The notes under the pieces are model-generated. The model saw only the letters and a list, made by a program, of their open reading frames with translations, was not told the DNA's origin and ran no database searches. From positions 97,108-161,107 of the forward strand of contig CAYNRJ010000002.1 of NCBI GenBank assembly GCA_964399865.1: 64,000 nucleotides of DNA. Reading direction: 5' to 3'. Positions 21,761-30,947 of the stretch are shown here, one piece after another. Source of the stretch: an uncultured Candidatus Saccharibacteria bacterium. Its GTDB lineage: Bacteria > Patescibacteriota > Minisyncoccia > Phycocordibacterales > UBA2100. Within the stretch, counting starts at the first letter, position 1. Each line of letters begins with the position of its first letter. A program made the position numbers and the translations under genes.

Positions 21761-22311
21761 GACCAGTACTGTTCATTATTGTTTTGCTCATAGTGGGCAC
21801 TGCCACGGTGTTTTTCATTTCGTCGCGCCAGAGTGTGGTTGTGGGAAATACTCTGACTTTTGAACCGAAAGTTGCTGAGCGGCCGATTGTGCAACCGAAG
21901 CCGGATAGTTCCGGCGTATCGACCTATAAAGATTCAGATTATGGCTTCATACTCACATATCCTCCTGAGTACAAGGTAGCGAAGATAAAAAATGAGGAAG
22001 CGGACACATTTCTGCTCCAAGACAGCACTGGAACGGGAATGCAAATAATTGTAAGTCCATTTGATGAACCTGCGGAGGCTTTCACTGTCGCACGCGTGCG
22101 ACAAGATTTGCCGGACCTCCCGATGCGAAATGTGCGGATCGCAAAAATGCCACTTGCCGGTATAGAAGGTATTCTGTTCGAGAGTTCCGGCGGGGGGTTT
22201 GGGGGGAGTGTCGAATTCTGGTTTGTACATAAGGGTTATTTATATCAGGCGAGCACATACCTAAGCCAAATGAGCCTTTTTGAGGATGTGATGGGTACAA
22301 TCCGATTCTGA
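21757..22311 (+). CDS. small N-terminally membrane-anchored hypothetical protein
   Basis: ORF with ATGA overlap to the LamG gene. N-terminal TM segment (VLFIIVLLIVGTATVFFI). Confidence 0.55.
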   Translation: MRPVLFIIVLLIVGTATVFFISSRQSVVVGNTLTFEPKVAERPIVQPKPDSSGVSTYKDSDYGFILTYPPEYKVAKIKNEEADTFLLQDSTGTGMQIIVSPFDEPAEAFTVARVRQDLPDLPMRNVRIAKMPLAGIEGILFESSGGGFGGSVEFWFVHKGYLYQASTYLSQMSLFEDVMGTIRF

Positions 22312-22366
22312 CTTTTTGTGGATACTCGGTAGTTCCAGTCACGAAGATAGTGTAAAATAGTCCGAT

Positions 22367-23371
22367 ATGATTCGCGTTGCCATAAACGGATTTGGAAGAA
22401 TTGGCAGAGCGTTCCTTCGTTCAGCTCATGGAAGAAAAGAAATTAAAGTTGTTGCAGTAAATGACCTCACGAGTCCTGAAAATCTCGCCTACCTCCTCAA
22501 ATACGACACTGTGTATGGGGGCGCCCCTTTCTCTGTCGACGTAAAAGGAAGGTCGCTCATCATTGATGGTAAGGAAGTGCCAGTCATTTCAGAACGAGAT
22601 CCAGCGAAGTTACCTTGGGGTGAACATAAGGTAGATGTTGTCATTGAATCCACTGGTTTTTTCACTGACGCAGAGAAAGCGAAAGCTCATATCCAGGCGG
22701 GCGCGAAGCGTGTTGTCATAAGTGCGCCTGGAAAAGGGGAACTCGATACGGTTCTCATCGGGGCAAACGAAGATAAATTCAAAACCTGCGGCGAAGTGAC
22801 ATCAAACGCTTCATGCACAACAAACGCCGCCTCACCTCTCATTGGTATTTTAAGTGAAGCGCTTGGAATCGAGCGAGCGCTTCTCAACACAACACATGCA
22901 TACACCGCTTCACAAAGTATTGTTGATGGTCCCGCAGAAGATGATTTTCGACGCGGACGTGCGGGCGCAGCAAATCTCGGGCCGTCCTCAACAGGAGCAG
23001 CAAAGGCAACGACATTGGCGTACCCGGAATTAAAAGGGAAGTTCGATGGTATCTCAGTGCGCGTTCCAGTTCCCGCGGGCTCCATAGTTGATATTACGTT
23101 TGTTCCAAAAAGACCAACGACAGCGGAAGAGGTGAATGACATTCTCCGCAAAGCCGCTTTTTCAGCCAAATGGAAGCGTGTATTTGCGGTGACAGAAGAA
23201 CCCCTCGTGTCATCGGATATTCTCGGACTTCCGTTTGGAGCCATAGCAGATCTCGCAATGACACGTGTTGTTGATGGAACACTCGTAAAAGTGCTCGCGT
23301 GGTATGACAATGAAATGGGGTACGCGCACACACTCGTTGAGCACACGATAGAAGTCGGCAAGAACATCTAG
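22367..23371 (+). CDS. gap: glyceraldehyde-3-phosphate dehydrogenase (type I)
   Basis: NGFGRIGR NAD-binding motif, catalytic SCTTNA motif, full-length at 334 aa. Confidence 0.95.
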   Translation: MIRVAINGFGRIGRAFLRSAHGRKEIKVVAVNDLTSPENLAYLLKYDTVYGGAPFSVDVKGRSLIIDGKEVPVISERDPAKLPWGEHKVDVVIESTGFFTDAEKAKAHIQAGAKRVVISAPGKGELDTVLIGANEDKFKTCGEVTSNASCTTNAASPLIGILSEALGIERALLNTTHAYTASQSIVDGPAEDDFRRGRAGAANLGPSSTGAAKATTLAYPELKGKFDGISVRVPVPAGSIVDITFVPKRPTTAEEVNDILRKAAFSAKWKRVFAVTEEPLVSSDILGLPFGAIADLAMTRVVDGTLVKVLAWYDNEMGYAHTLVEHTIEVGKNI

Positions 23372-23423
23372 GGTCCGTGGGGATAAGCCAATCCTCCGCT
23401 GTATTAGATGATAGAGTGACTTC

Positions 23424-25403
23424 ATGCAGCGTCTATTGGCTGGATCTCTTTTTGCGCTCTGCTTACTAGTCCTTCCGTCCTTTGTAAACGCTCAAGCGGG
23501 TAATTCTGCTTGTAGTCAGATTGAGGCTATAAAAGCCGCTGCACAATATTTCGAGAGCATCGGAAATGAGCAACAGGCCAGGCAGTTCCGTGATATGGCA
23601 AAATCCTGCGAGACTCCAACGAACGCCTCCTGTACACTGGGTAGTAAAAAAATCCTACATGCACAATCAATTAAAGTGTTTAAGACAGCTAGCGTTCCGT
23701 ACGGTACCGCATGCCAATCAGAGATGCGCAAATGCAATAACGGTGTGCTGTCCGGTTCATGGGTTAACGAAACATGCACCGTAGCGACGGCAAAATCTTG
23801 CGTTCTTAACGGGGTTACGGTTGCACATGGTAGTTCGCGGGTCTTTTACTCACAGCCGATTGTGTCATCCGGCTCAACCTGTACGTCAGTGGGGCAGAGC
23901 AGGACGTGTACGAACGGAACGCTCTCAGGCGCAGCAACTCACAGCTACGCGAGCTGCACCGTTAGCGCAAGCACCTCATGTACTTTTAATGGAGCAACAA
24001 TCGCTAACGCCGGCTCCGTCACAGCGTATCAATCATCATCGGTGCCGCTTGGGAGCAGTTGCGTCTCTGAGACAAGAACGTGCAACAGCGGTGTTCTTTC
24101 AGGCTCGTATCAATTTGGTTCCTGTACCGTATCTAGTTCCCCAGTAATTGCAAAGCCAACCTGTACTTTGACTGGGCCGGCAAAAGTCCCTACCAAGAGC
24201 CCACTCGCTTTGTCATGGCAAACAACCAATAACCCAACATCGGTAAAGATCTCCCTTGGTGCAACGGTGTTAGGTTCTAGTCTTCCAGCTATAGGATCGT
24301 ACACGGTCACATCCCCAGGATTTCCTGCGAAATATAACTACACAATGACCGTTGAGAATTCAGCGGGCAGTAACATTTGCACATACCGCGCAACAGTACA
24401 CCAGCCGGGCGCAACTGCTCCGCTCGCATTCGTTTGGCCACAATTATATGGTCAGTTTGGAAGCTACGGACAGATGGGTACGGATCACAGCACGGTTGCT
24501 GCGGCGCTGCGCACTATGTACGGCGCCGGTTTTAAATTAAACTTCATCCGCCACGGTAGCTATTATGGGTCACAAGAAATTAGAAATGATCTTGAGACAT
24601 ACGATGCCGCTCGAATAGACAATCAGCTACTTGCGATTATCTACGAGGCTTGCGGTGGTTGGGACGGTGACAAGAAATGTCCGATGTCGACACAAAAGGA
24701 GCAGGAGGTGCTAACGCAGATTAAAGAGCACCTCGCACGCATAAAAGATGACACCCGTATAGTCGCGTTTTTTGTGCTTGATGATTATCCAGGCTACATT
24801 CGACCGTTTCTTGAGAAAGTACGTGCACTCGTCCTCGAATCAAATAAGACCAGCGCCGTTGCGCGTCCCATTGTATGCTCATTCGGAGGGAATCTTAATG
24901 AGATCTTGACGAAAACTAGCTTCAATAATTTCTCACCCGCGGCGTGCGACGCTGTGAATCTGTATTACTACGGCGTGAAGGGTAATAAGCCAAACGCACG
25001 CAATTGGGAGATGACGAAACTTCTTCCATCAGCCAAGGAAGGACTCAAGCAAAATGGGTGGGATGCCGCGAAGCATCCACTCCTTGCATCGACGCATGCT
25101 TTTGGCGCGCTGGGAAATTACGTTCAGCCTAGTCGTGAGGATATGCTGACGCAGGCAAAAGCATTTTGTGAAGGGGGAGCTGTCGGAAATATCTTTTTCA
25201 CATGGGATCTCGCGAATGCTACCGGTCCTGCGGACACGCCGTATATGTTTGAAGGCCTTAAGGATGGATACTCTGCTTGTAAGACGATCTGGAGTAAGAA
25301 GACGACCGAGGCGGAGAGCTCTTCTTTCGTCGCGGGTGCAGCGAATGCCTTTGCCGACCTGTTTCGCCCGTGGCGTGTCCTCTTTTCCGCCGACAGTATA
25401 TAA
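23424..25403 (+). CDS. secreted Cys-rich repeat protein with a C-terminal ~330-aa globular domain of unknown function
   Basis: Signal peptide. Four ~55-aa repeats carry the C-x-NG-x-LSG ... SCTV pattern. An Ig-like segment follows. No recognisable catalytic motif. Confidence 0.65.
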   Translation: MQRLLAGSLFALCLLVLPSFVNAQAGNSACSQIEAIKAAAQYFESIGNEQQARQFRDMAKSCETPTNASCTLGSKKILHAQSIKVFKTASVPYGTACQSEMRKCNNGVLSGSWVNETCTVATAKSCVLNGVTVAHGSSRVFYSQPIVSSGSTCTSVGQSRTCTNGTLSGAATHSYASCTVSASTSCTFNGATIANAGSVTAYQSSSVPLGSSCVSETRTCNSGVLSGSYQFGSCTVSSSPVIAKPTCTLTGPAKVPTKSPLALSWQTTNNPTSVKISLGATVLGSSLPAIGSYTVTSPGFPAKYNYTMTVENSAGSNICTYRATVHQPGATAPLAFVWPQLYGQFGSYGQMGTDHSTVAAALRTMYGAGFKLNFIRHGSYYGSQEIRNDLETYDAARIDNQLLAIIYEACGGWDGDKKCPMSTQKEQEVLTQIKEHLARIKDDTRIVAFFVLDDYPGYIRPFLEKVRALVLESNKTSAVARPIVCSFGGNLNEILTKTSFNNFSPAACDAVNLYYYGVKGNKPNARNWEMTKLLPSAKEGLKQNGWDAAKHPLLASTHAFGALGNYVQPSREDMLTQAKAFCEGGAVGNIFFTWDLANATGPADTPYMFEGLKDGYSACKTIWSKKTTEAESSSFVAGAANAFADLFRPWRVLFSADSI

Positions 25404-25411
25404 TTCTGCAC

Positions 25412-25900
25412 ATGAAAGTTTATTTTGCTGCAGACCATGCCGGATTTGAATTGAAGAATGTCCTTATCGCATTTGTACAAACACTTGGACACGAAGCGGA
25501 AGATTGCGGCGCGTTTCAGATGGATATGGCCGATGATTATCCAGAATTCATCGCATCTGCTGCGGGGAAGCTTTCGCAAGATGCTGCTTCCGGAATCGAG
25601 AGTCGTGCCATTGTGATCGGTGGGTCAGGTCAGGGCGAAGCAATCGTCGCAAATCGTTTTAAGGGTGTGCGCTGCGCTCTTTACTACGGAGAAGGAGGAG
25701 AGCAGACGGATGCAGGGGGAAAGAAACTCGATGTACTTACCTCAACACGCGAGCATAATAATGCGAACGCACTTAGTCTTGGAGCTCGATTCTTAAGCGC
25801 AGACGCCGCGAAACTGGCAGTCAAAAAATGGCTTGAAATAACGTTTTCTGGGGAAGAACGGCACGCGAGACGAATCAAACAAATCGATGACGTCAATTAA
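25412..25900 (+). CDS. rpiB: ribose-5-phosphate isomerase B (RpiB/LacAB family)
   Basis: MKVYFAADHAGFELK ... IVIGGSGQGEAIVANRF ... HNNANALSLGARF. The start was moved to the ATG at 25412 behind a TATAAT element; the ORF-track start at 25370 is probably too early. Confidence 0.85.
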   Translation: MKVYFAADHAGFELKNVLIAFVQTLGHEAEDCGAFQMDMADDYPEFIASAAGKLSQDAASGIESRAIVIGGSGQGEAIVANRFKGVRCALYYGEGGEQTDAGGKKLDVLTSTREHNNANALSLGARFLSADAAKLAVKKWLEITFSGEERHARRIKQIDDVN

Positions 25901-26552
25901 TATACTGCCGACGATAGTTCCCGATACCTTTGCGGGAATAGAAGAGACGAGCGAGAAGTACTCATCGTTCGCTTCTTTCTTTCAGATAGATCTAGCGGAC
26001 GGAAAATTTGCACCGAACACAACGTGGTTACCGAAGGGGGATGAAATGCTTCCGAAGAATTTTCTATATGAGGTCCACATGATGGTAGCTGATCCGCATG
26101 AAGTTGGCCTCACTTGCGCGAAGATGGGCGCGCATACTCTCATCGGTCATGCTGAGGCTTTTGGAAGTGCTGAGAGAGCAAATCGTGCATTTGATGCATG
26201 GAAAATCGCGGGCGCACAGGCAGTAGCGGTCGCAATCCTTCTTGACACTCCTGTTGAAGACATTGAACTGTACCTCCCATCAGTAGATTTCGTCCTTTTT
26301 ATGACGATAGCGAAGATCGGTGTGCAAGGTTTTCCATTTGAAGAGCGAAGTATTGCTAAAATTGCGGCATTCAAAGAACAGCATCCTGATGTTGTTGTTG
26401 CGGTTGACGGCGGGGTCTCTGAGAAAAACATTGCTGCTTTGACGGAGGCAGGTGCGACACGATTCGGTGTAGGGTCTGCAATTTCGAAGAGTGTAGATCA
26501 AAAAGGCTCATACGAAAAACTCCTAAGTCTCGCTGAAAATGCGTTACAATGA
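25887..26552 (+). CDS. rpe: ribulose-phosphate 3-epimerase-like TIM-barrel protein (divergent)
   Basis: QIDLADGKFAPNTTW and YEVHMMV resemble the HxD / MDGxFVPN and DVHLMV motifs of Rpe. It sits inside the pentose-phosphate operon. Confidence 0.65.
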   Translation: MTSINILPTIVPDTFAGIEETSEKYSSFASFFQIDLADGKFAPNTTWLPKGDEMLPKNFLYEVHMMVADPHEVGLTCAKMGAHTLIGHAEAFGSAERANRAFDAWKIAGAQAVAVAILLDTPVEDIELYLPSVDFVLFMTIAKIGVQGFPFEERSIAKIAAFKEQHPDVVVAVDGGVSEKNIAALTEAGATRFGVGSAISKSVDQKGSYEKLLSLAENALQ

Positions 26553-26556
26553 GTGA

Positions 26557-27417
26557 ATGGAGGCGCTAACAGACGCGGAAATAAAGACAATTGAGAATAA
26601 GGCCGTAAAAATACGGGAAACCATCATTGAGATGTTGGTCGCTGCTGGAAGTGGTCACACTGCGGGCCCCTTAGGTATGGCGGATATTTTTGCCGCGCTC
26701 TATTTTAACGTCCTAAAACATGATCCAGCGCATCCGGATTGGGAGGCGCGCGATCGTTTGGTGCTATCAAATGGTCACATCACACCGGTCCGGTATGCCG
26801 CTATGGCTCACGCCGGATATTTTCCTGTTGAGGAGTGCCTCACTCTCAGAAAATTTGGCTCACGTCTCCAGGGCCATCCTGAACGCGAAAAACTTCCGGG
26901 TCTTGAGACTACCTCAGGGCCCCTCGGTAGCGGGCTTTCGCAAGCTGCAGGAATTGCGTACGCGGCACGCATGGACCAAAAGAACATACGCGTATTTTGT
27001 GCGATGTCAGATGGCGAGCATGATTGCGGTAACACCTGGGAAGCCGCGATGTTCGCAGGAGCAAATAAACTTTCCAACCTCGTCGGCATTGTCGACCGTA
27101 ATAATATTCAGATCGATGGATATACAGAATCCATTATGCCTCTCGAACCATTTCGTGCGAAGTACGAAGCATTCAATTGGCATGTCATAGAGATTGATGG
27201 TCACAACATTGCACATATAATTGCTGCGTGTGATGAGGCTTCTGCAGTGTATGAGAGGCCGACGGTTATCATCGCGCACACCATTCCAGGAAAGGGTATC
27301 CGTTCTATCGAACGCGATTACCGTTGGCACGGCAAACCGCCAAGTAAAGAAGAGGCTGCGCAATTTCTGAACGAACTACGCACTCTTGAAGGTAAAATTA
27401 CAAGTGAACATCAATAA
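26557..27417 (+). CDS. tkt: transketolase, N-terminal (TPP-binding) subunit
   Basis: GSGHTAG, SNGH, SDGEHDCG, GIVDRNN motifs. About 286 aa, typical of split transketolase. Confidence 0.9.
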   Translation: MEALTDAEIKTIENKAVKIRETIIEMLVAAGSGHTAGPLGMADIFAALYFNVLKHDPAHPDWEARDRLVLSNGHITPVRYAAMAHAGYFPVEECLTLRKFGSRLQGHPEREKLPGLETTSGPLGSGLSQAAGIAYAARMDQKNIRVFCAMSDGEHDCGNTWEAAMFAGANKLSNLVGIVDRNNIQIDGYTESIMPLEPFRAKYEAFNWHVIEIDGHNIAHIIAACDEASAVYERPTVIIAHTIPGKGIRSIERDYRWHGKPPSKEEAAQFLNELRTLEGKITSEHQ

Positions 27418-27420
27418 CGT

Positions 27421-27852
27421 ATGCAAGCTAATCAGATAGCAGGAGGATTCTTTCTCGTATTTGAACGTGGCGAAGATTTTATTCCACTCCTTACCGCATT
27501 TTGCGAAGAGCAGGAAGTGCACTGGGCGACGTTCCAAGCGGTCGGCGCCGTTGAAGACGTAGAGATAGGGTATTACGACCTCGAAGCGCAGGAATATTTT
27601 TTCCGCAGTGAAAAAGGTCCATTCGAGGTCGCGACGATGACAGGAAACGTAGCAGAAATAAACGAAGGTCCGTTTGTCCACGCGCACGCGGTGTTATCGA
27701 GATGTGATGCAACATTGGAATGTCTTGGAGGGCATCTTAAATCAGCACGAGTAGCGGTTACGTTGGAGCTGTCGCTGTGGCGTGTAAGCCAGCCGCTTCT
27801 TCGTAGATTCGATGAGGACACAGGGCTCAATTTAATTACGCTTACCCTATGA
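27421..27852 (+). CDS. PPC (DUF296) domain protein
   Basis: GPFEVATMTGNV ... HAHAVLSRCD ... GGHL pattern typical of DUF296. It lies between the two transketolase halves and overlaps the downstream start (ATGA). Confidence 0.65.
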   Translation: MQANQIAGGFFLVFERGEDFIPLLTAFCEEQEVHWATFQAVGAVEDVEIGYYDLEAQEYFFRSEKGPFEVATMTGNVAEINEGPFVHAHAVLSRCDATLECLGGHLKSARVAVTLELSLWRVSQPLLRRFDEDTGLNLITLTL

Positions 27853-28841
27853 TGCCGAGCGAGATGCGCTTACGACAGGATCTTTTCGAAGGAAAAGAAC
27901 AAGCGCCCACACGTGATGGGTTTGGAAAAGGAGTCGTTGAAGCAGGGGAATCAGATCCTCGCGTTGTTGTCCTTTGTGCCGACCTTACTGAATCAACGAG
28001 GGCCCTAGAGTTTCAAAAGAAATTTCCTGAGAGATTCATCGAGGTGGGGGTCGCCGAGCAAAATCTCGCAGCGCTTGCATCGGGATTTGCAAATTACGGC
28101 AAAATTCCTTTCATCGCTTCATACGCGGCTTTTTCTCCTGGAAGAAATAACGAACAGATCCGCACAACAATTTCAATAAATAATGTGCCAGTAAAAATCG
28201 CTGGTATGCACGCCGGTGTTTCCGTAGGACCTGATGGCGCTACTCATCAGGCGCTCGAAGATATGGCGCTTATGCGCGTCCAACCTCGAATGACTGTGAT
28301 ATCGCCATGCGATGCAGAAGAAGCACGGAAGGCGACTCTCGCCGCCGCAAAATCATCTGGTCCCGTATATTTACGTTTTGGACGTGAGAAAACTCCCCTC
28401 ATGACTACTGCAGAAACTCCTTTTGAAATAGGGAAAGCAGGGATTTTTTGGAAACCCAACTCCCCTGTCGCTGTCATTTTTGCAACCGGACCCTTGGTGC
28501 ACAATGCTCTCCTTGCGGCTCGTGAATTGGAAAAGAGCGGAACCTGGGTAACTGTAGTAAATATCCATACGATAAAACCGCTCGATGAGGAGACAATCGA
28601 AAAAGTCGTACGCGAAGCAGGAGCGGTCGTAACAGTAGAAGAGCATCAAATCGCCGGTGGTCTCGGAAGTGCGATCGCAGAATTACTTGCACAAAAAGCT
28701 CCCGCTCCGATCGAATTTATCGGCGTTCACGATCAGTTTGGTCAATCAGGAGAACCAAAAGAGCTTATTGAGCACTACGGCATGGGAGTGTCCCACATCG
28801 TTGCGGCAGTCAAAAAAGTGGTTTCTCGAAAGAAAGTCTAA
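27849..28841 (+). CDS. tkt: transketolase, C-terminal (pyrimidine-binding) subunit
   Basis: FIEVGVAEQNL, AGMHAGVSVGPDGATHQALEDMA, C-terminal transketolase domain. Confidence 0.9.
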   Translation: MMPSEMRLRQDLFEGKEQAPTRDGFGKGVVEAGESDPRVVVLCADLTESTRALEFQKKFPERFIEVGVAEQNLAALASGFANYGKIPFIASYAAFSPGRNNEQIRTTISINNVPVKIAGMHAGVSVGPDGATHQALEDMALMRVQPRMTVISPCDAEEARKATLAAAKSSGPVYLRFGREKTPLMTTAETPFEIGKAGIFWKPNSPVAVIFATGPLVHNALLAARELEKSGTWVTVVNIHTIKPLDEETIEKVVREAGAVVTVEEHQIAGGLGSAIAELLAQKAPAPIEFIGVHDQFGQSGEPKELIEHYGMGVSHIVAAVKKVVSRKKV

Positions 28842-29118
28842 CGTCACAAAATGTGTTTTCGGCACACTGTTTCTCGAAGCACGGAAATTTTCGGCTGAAA
28901 ATTTCCTCCGTACGTCGTCGCCACTCCTCCCGAGGCTTCTCTAAACAGTATACCTCAACACATTTGTTGCAAGGCACTTAACATTCCAAGCCGCCAACGA
29001 ATACGCTTTCGCAACGTGTTTTTAGGGTGTCTCGCAGGCCGACTGGGCCGAGAGGCAGCGCTGCCGTACCAGCGGCAGACAGCGACCCGAAAAATATGTT
29101 GCGAAAGGGTAGGAGTCC

Positions 29119-30108
29119 CTACAGTGCGGCAACTTTGAAATCTGCTGGACGCTTTGCAAACAATTCCTCGAGCCTCTCTTTAGTGAGAAGTCCTTTCTGT
29201 GCGCCAATTTCCTGCACTACGTATGCGGAATTTACGAGTCCGCGGAGCATTGCTTCTCGCGGGTCGAGTCCCTGGATGATATAGGCAATCGTTGTCGAAG
29301 CGGTTGCATCCCCTGCGCCAGTTCTCTCCACAGGAGGCTTAGGGTCGGGATACATTGGTGAGTGCCACGCTCCATTTTCATCCATACCGTAGGAGCCGCC
29401 TCTGCCGTCCGTTACGAACGCAACTTTTACCCCGAGGTCGCGGATGCCCTGCAGAAGTTTTTTAATATCTTTTTCTTCAGTTTTGAGAATGATCTGCGCC
29501 TCTTGTTTGTTGCAGAAAAATACATCAGCGCGCGAGTAAATGTCTTTCAATTTGTCTATTCCTGCTTTGATCTGAAACGTGCCTGGTTGAAATGCGAGTT
29601 TTACTTCCGGATTCTTTTTCAAATATTCAGCGATCTCCCCGTGGTAGTTTTCTGTGCCTTCGCCGAGCGACGAAAGATAGATCCATTTCGGCGCTTCGCC
29701 GAGAGCAGGGAAGCTGTAGGAGAATTGTTCGTGTTTTATCAGAATTGTGCGCTCGGATTCGTACCAAAGGACGTAATGATAATTTGTTTTCTTTCCACTC
29801 TCACGCACGATGAGAGATGTATCTACATTTTCCTTCTTAAACGCGTCAATGCACGTCGTTCCGTTCTCGTCGTCTCCAATATGGACTCTAAGCGTAGCCG
29901 CAACTCCCAAGCGTGCACACGCGACGGCAGCGTTCGCTGAATTTCCAACGGCTGGCACAACTTCTACGAACTCGTACGGGACTTTATCGCCAAAGCGGAG
30001 GCTAAGGAGGCAGTGTTCGTCGTTAATGTCGCAATTTACTCTCGCATCTTTCAGTCGGATAAAGGCATCTATAGTAGTGTCTCCAATAGCGAGGACATCA
30101 AATCTCAT
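29119..30108 (-). CDS. PfkB-family carbohydrate/nucleoside kinase (ribokinase-like)
   Basis: N-terminal GDTTID-like motif and C-terminal TGAGDA anion-hole motif. Convergent with the tkt operon. Confidence 0.8.
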   Translation of the reverse strand: MRFDVLAIGDTTIDAFIRLKDARVNCDINDEHCLLSLRFGDKVPYEFVEVVPAVGNSANAAVACARLGVAATLRVHIGDDENGTTCIDAFKKENVDTSLIVRESGKKTNYHYVLWYESERTILIKHEQFSYSFPALGEAPKWIYLSSLGEGTENYHGEIAEYLKKNPEVKLAFQPGTFQIKAGIDKLKDIYSRADVFFCNKQEAQIILKTEEKDIKKLLQGIRDLGVKVAFVTDGRGGSYGMDENGAWHSPMYPDPKPPVERTGAGDATASTTIAYIIQGLDPREAMLRGLVNSAYVVQEIGAQKGLLTKERLEELFAKRPADFKVAAL

Positions 30109-30209
30109 GGCGGTATTCTATCACGCTCTTTTTAGAGGCATCCTCACAAAACCCTCGTTTCCACGTATATTCTGGACATATTCAGATAAATCCGTATACT
30201 TCGAGACCT

Positions 30210-30881
30210 ATGCAGGCACTTGAAATTAAGCCACGAGACCTTAAAGAGTCTCCAGAAATGCTTCGTGAGCAGGGTACTGTTCCTGCTGTTTTTTACGGTC
30301 CTAAAGAGAAACCAACTCCTATCTCAGTTGATTCCAAGAGTCTTGAACGTGTGTGGCGCGAGGCAGGTGAGACGACTATCGTCAAATTAACCGGCGCAGG
30401 CGAAGATCACGACACCTTGATCCACGACGTACAAATACACCCTACAACGGGCAAGCTTCTTCACGCAGACTTTTATGTTCTAGAGAAGGGTAAGAAGATC
30501 ACTCTCAATGTTCCTCTCGAGTTCGTTGGCGTTGCTCCAGCTGAGAAATCAGGTCACATCATCGTGAAGACAATGCACGAGATTGAGATCGAGGTTGCTC
30601 CTCAAGAGCTTCCAAAGAGCCTCACTGTCGACCTCTCGAAGCTCGAAAATGTTGGCGATCACATTACGGTTGCGCAGGTGCCGGTTCCTCCGAGTGCATC
30701 TCTTGTGACTCACGCCGAAGAGATCGTTGTGTCCGTTAAGGAATTCGTAGAAGAGAAGGCGGAAGTCACTCCTGCACCAGAAACGATTATCACGACAGGT
30801 GCGAAGCCAGAAGAAGGTGCGGAAGGTGCTCCTGCTGCAGCTCCTGCAAAAGCAGAGAAGGCGCCAGAGGCGAAGAAATAA
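30210..30881 (+). CDS. rplY: 50S ribosomal protein L25 / general stress protein Ctc (long form)
   Basis: Characteristic N-terminal L25 beta-barrel sequence (RE-GTVPAVFYG) plus an acidic/Ala-Pro-rich C-terminal extension. Confidence 0.85.
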   Translation: MQALEIKPRDLKESPEMLREQGTVPAVFYGPKEKPTPISVDSKSLERVWREAGETTIVKLTGAGEDHDTLIHDVQIHPTTGKLLHADFYVLEKGKKITLNVPLEFVGVAPAEKSGHIIVKTMHEIEIEVAPQELPKSLTVDLSKLENVGDHITVAQVPVPPSASLVTHAEEIVVSVKEFVEEKAEVTPAPETIITTGAKPEEGAEGAPAAAPAKAEKAPEAKK

Positions 30882-30903
30882 AACCAATAGACGTTCGTCT
30901 ACA

Positions 30904-30937
30904 AGACCGGAGGCAGAGCCTCCGGTCTTGTTTGATA
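30904..30937 (+). terminator. rho-independent terminator after rplY
   Basis: AGACCGGAGGC-aga-GCCTCCGGTCT (11-bp perfect stem) followed by TGTTTGAT. Confidence 0.8.
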
Positions 30938-30947
30938 TACTTCGTCT

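Noticed and set aside
28842-29118. 280-nt convergent intergenic region between tktC and the PfkB kinase as a possible ncRNA (SRP/RNase P/6S)
   Set aside because: It contains GC palindromes (GGCAGCGCTGCC...), but I could not recognise any conserved SRP, RNase P or tmRNA motifs. Left unannotated.
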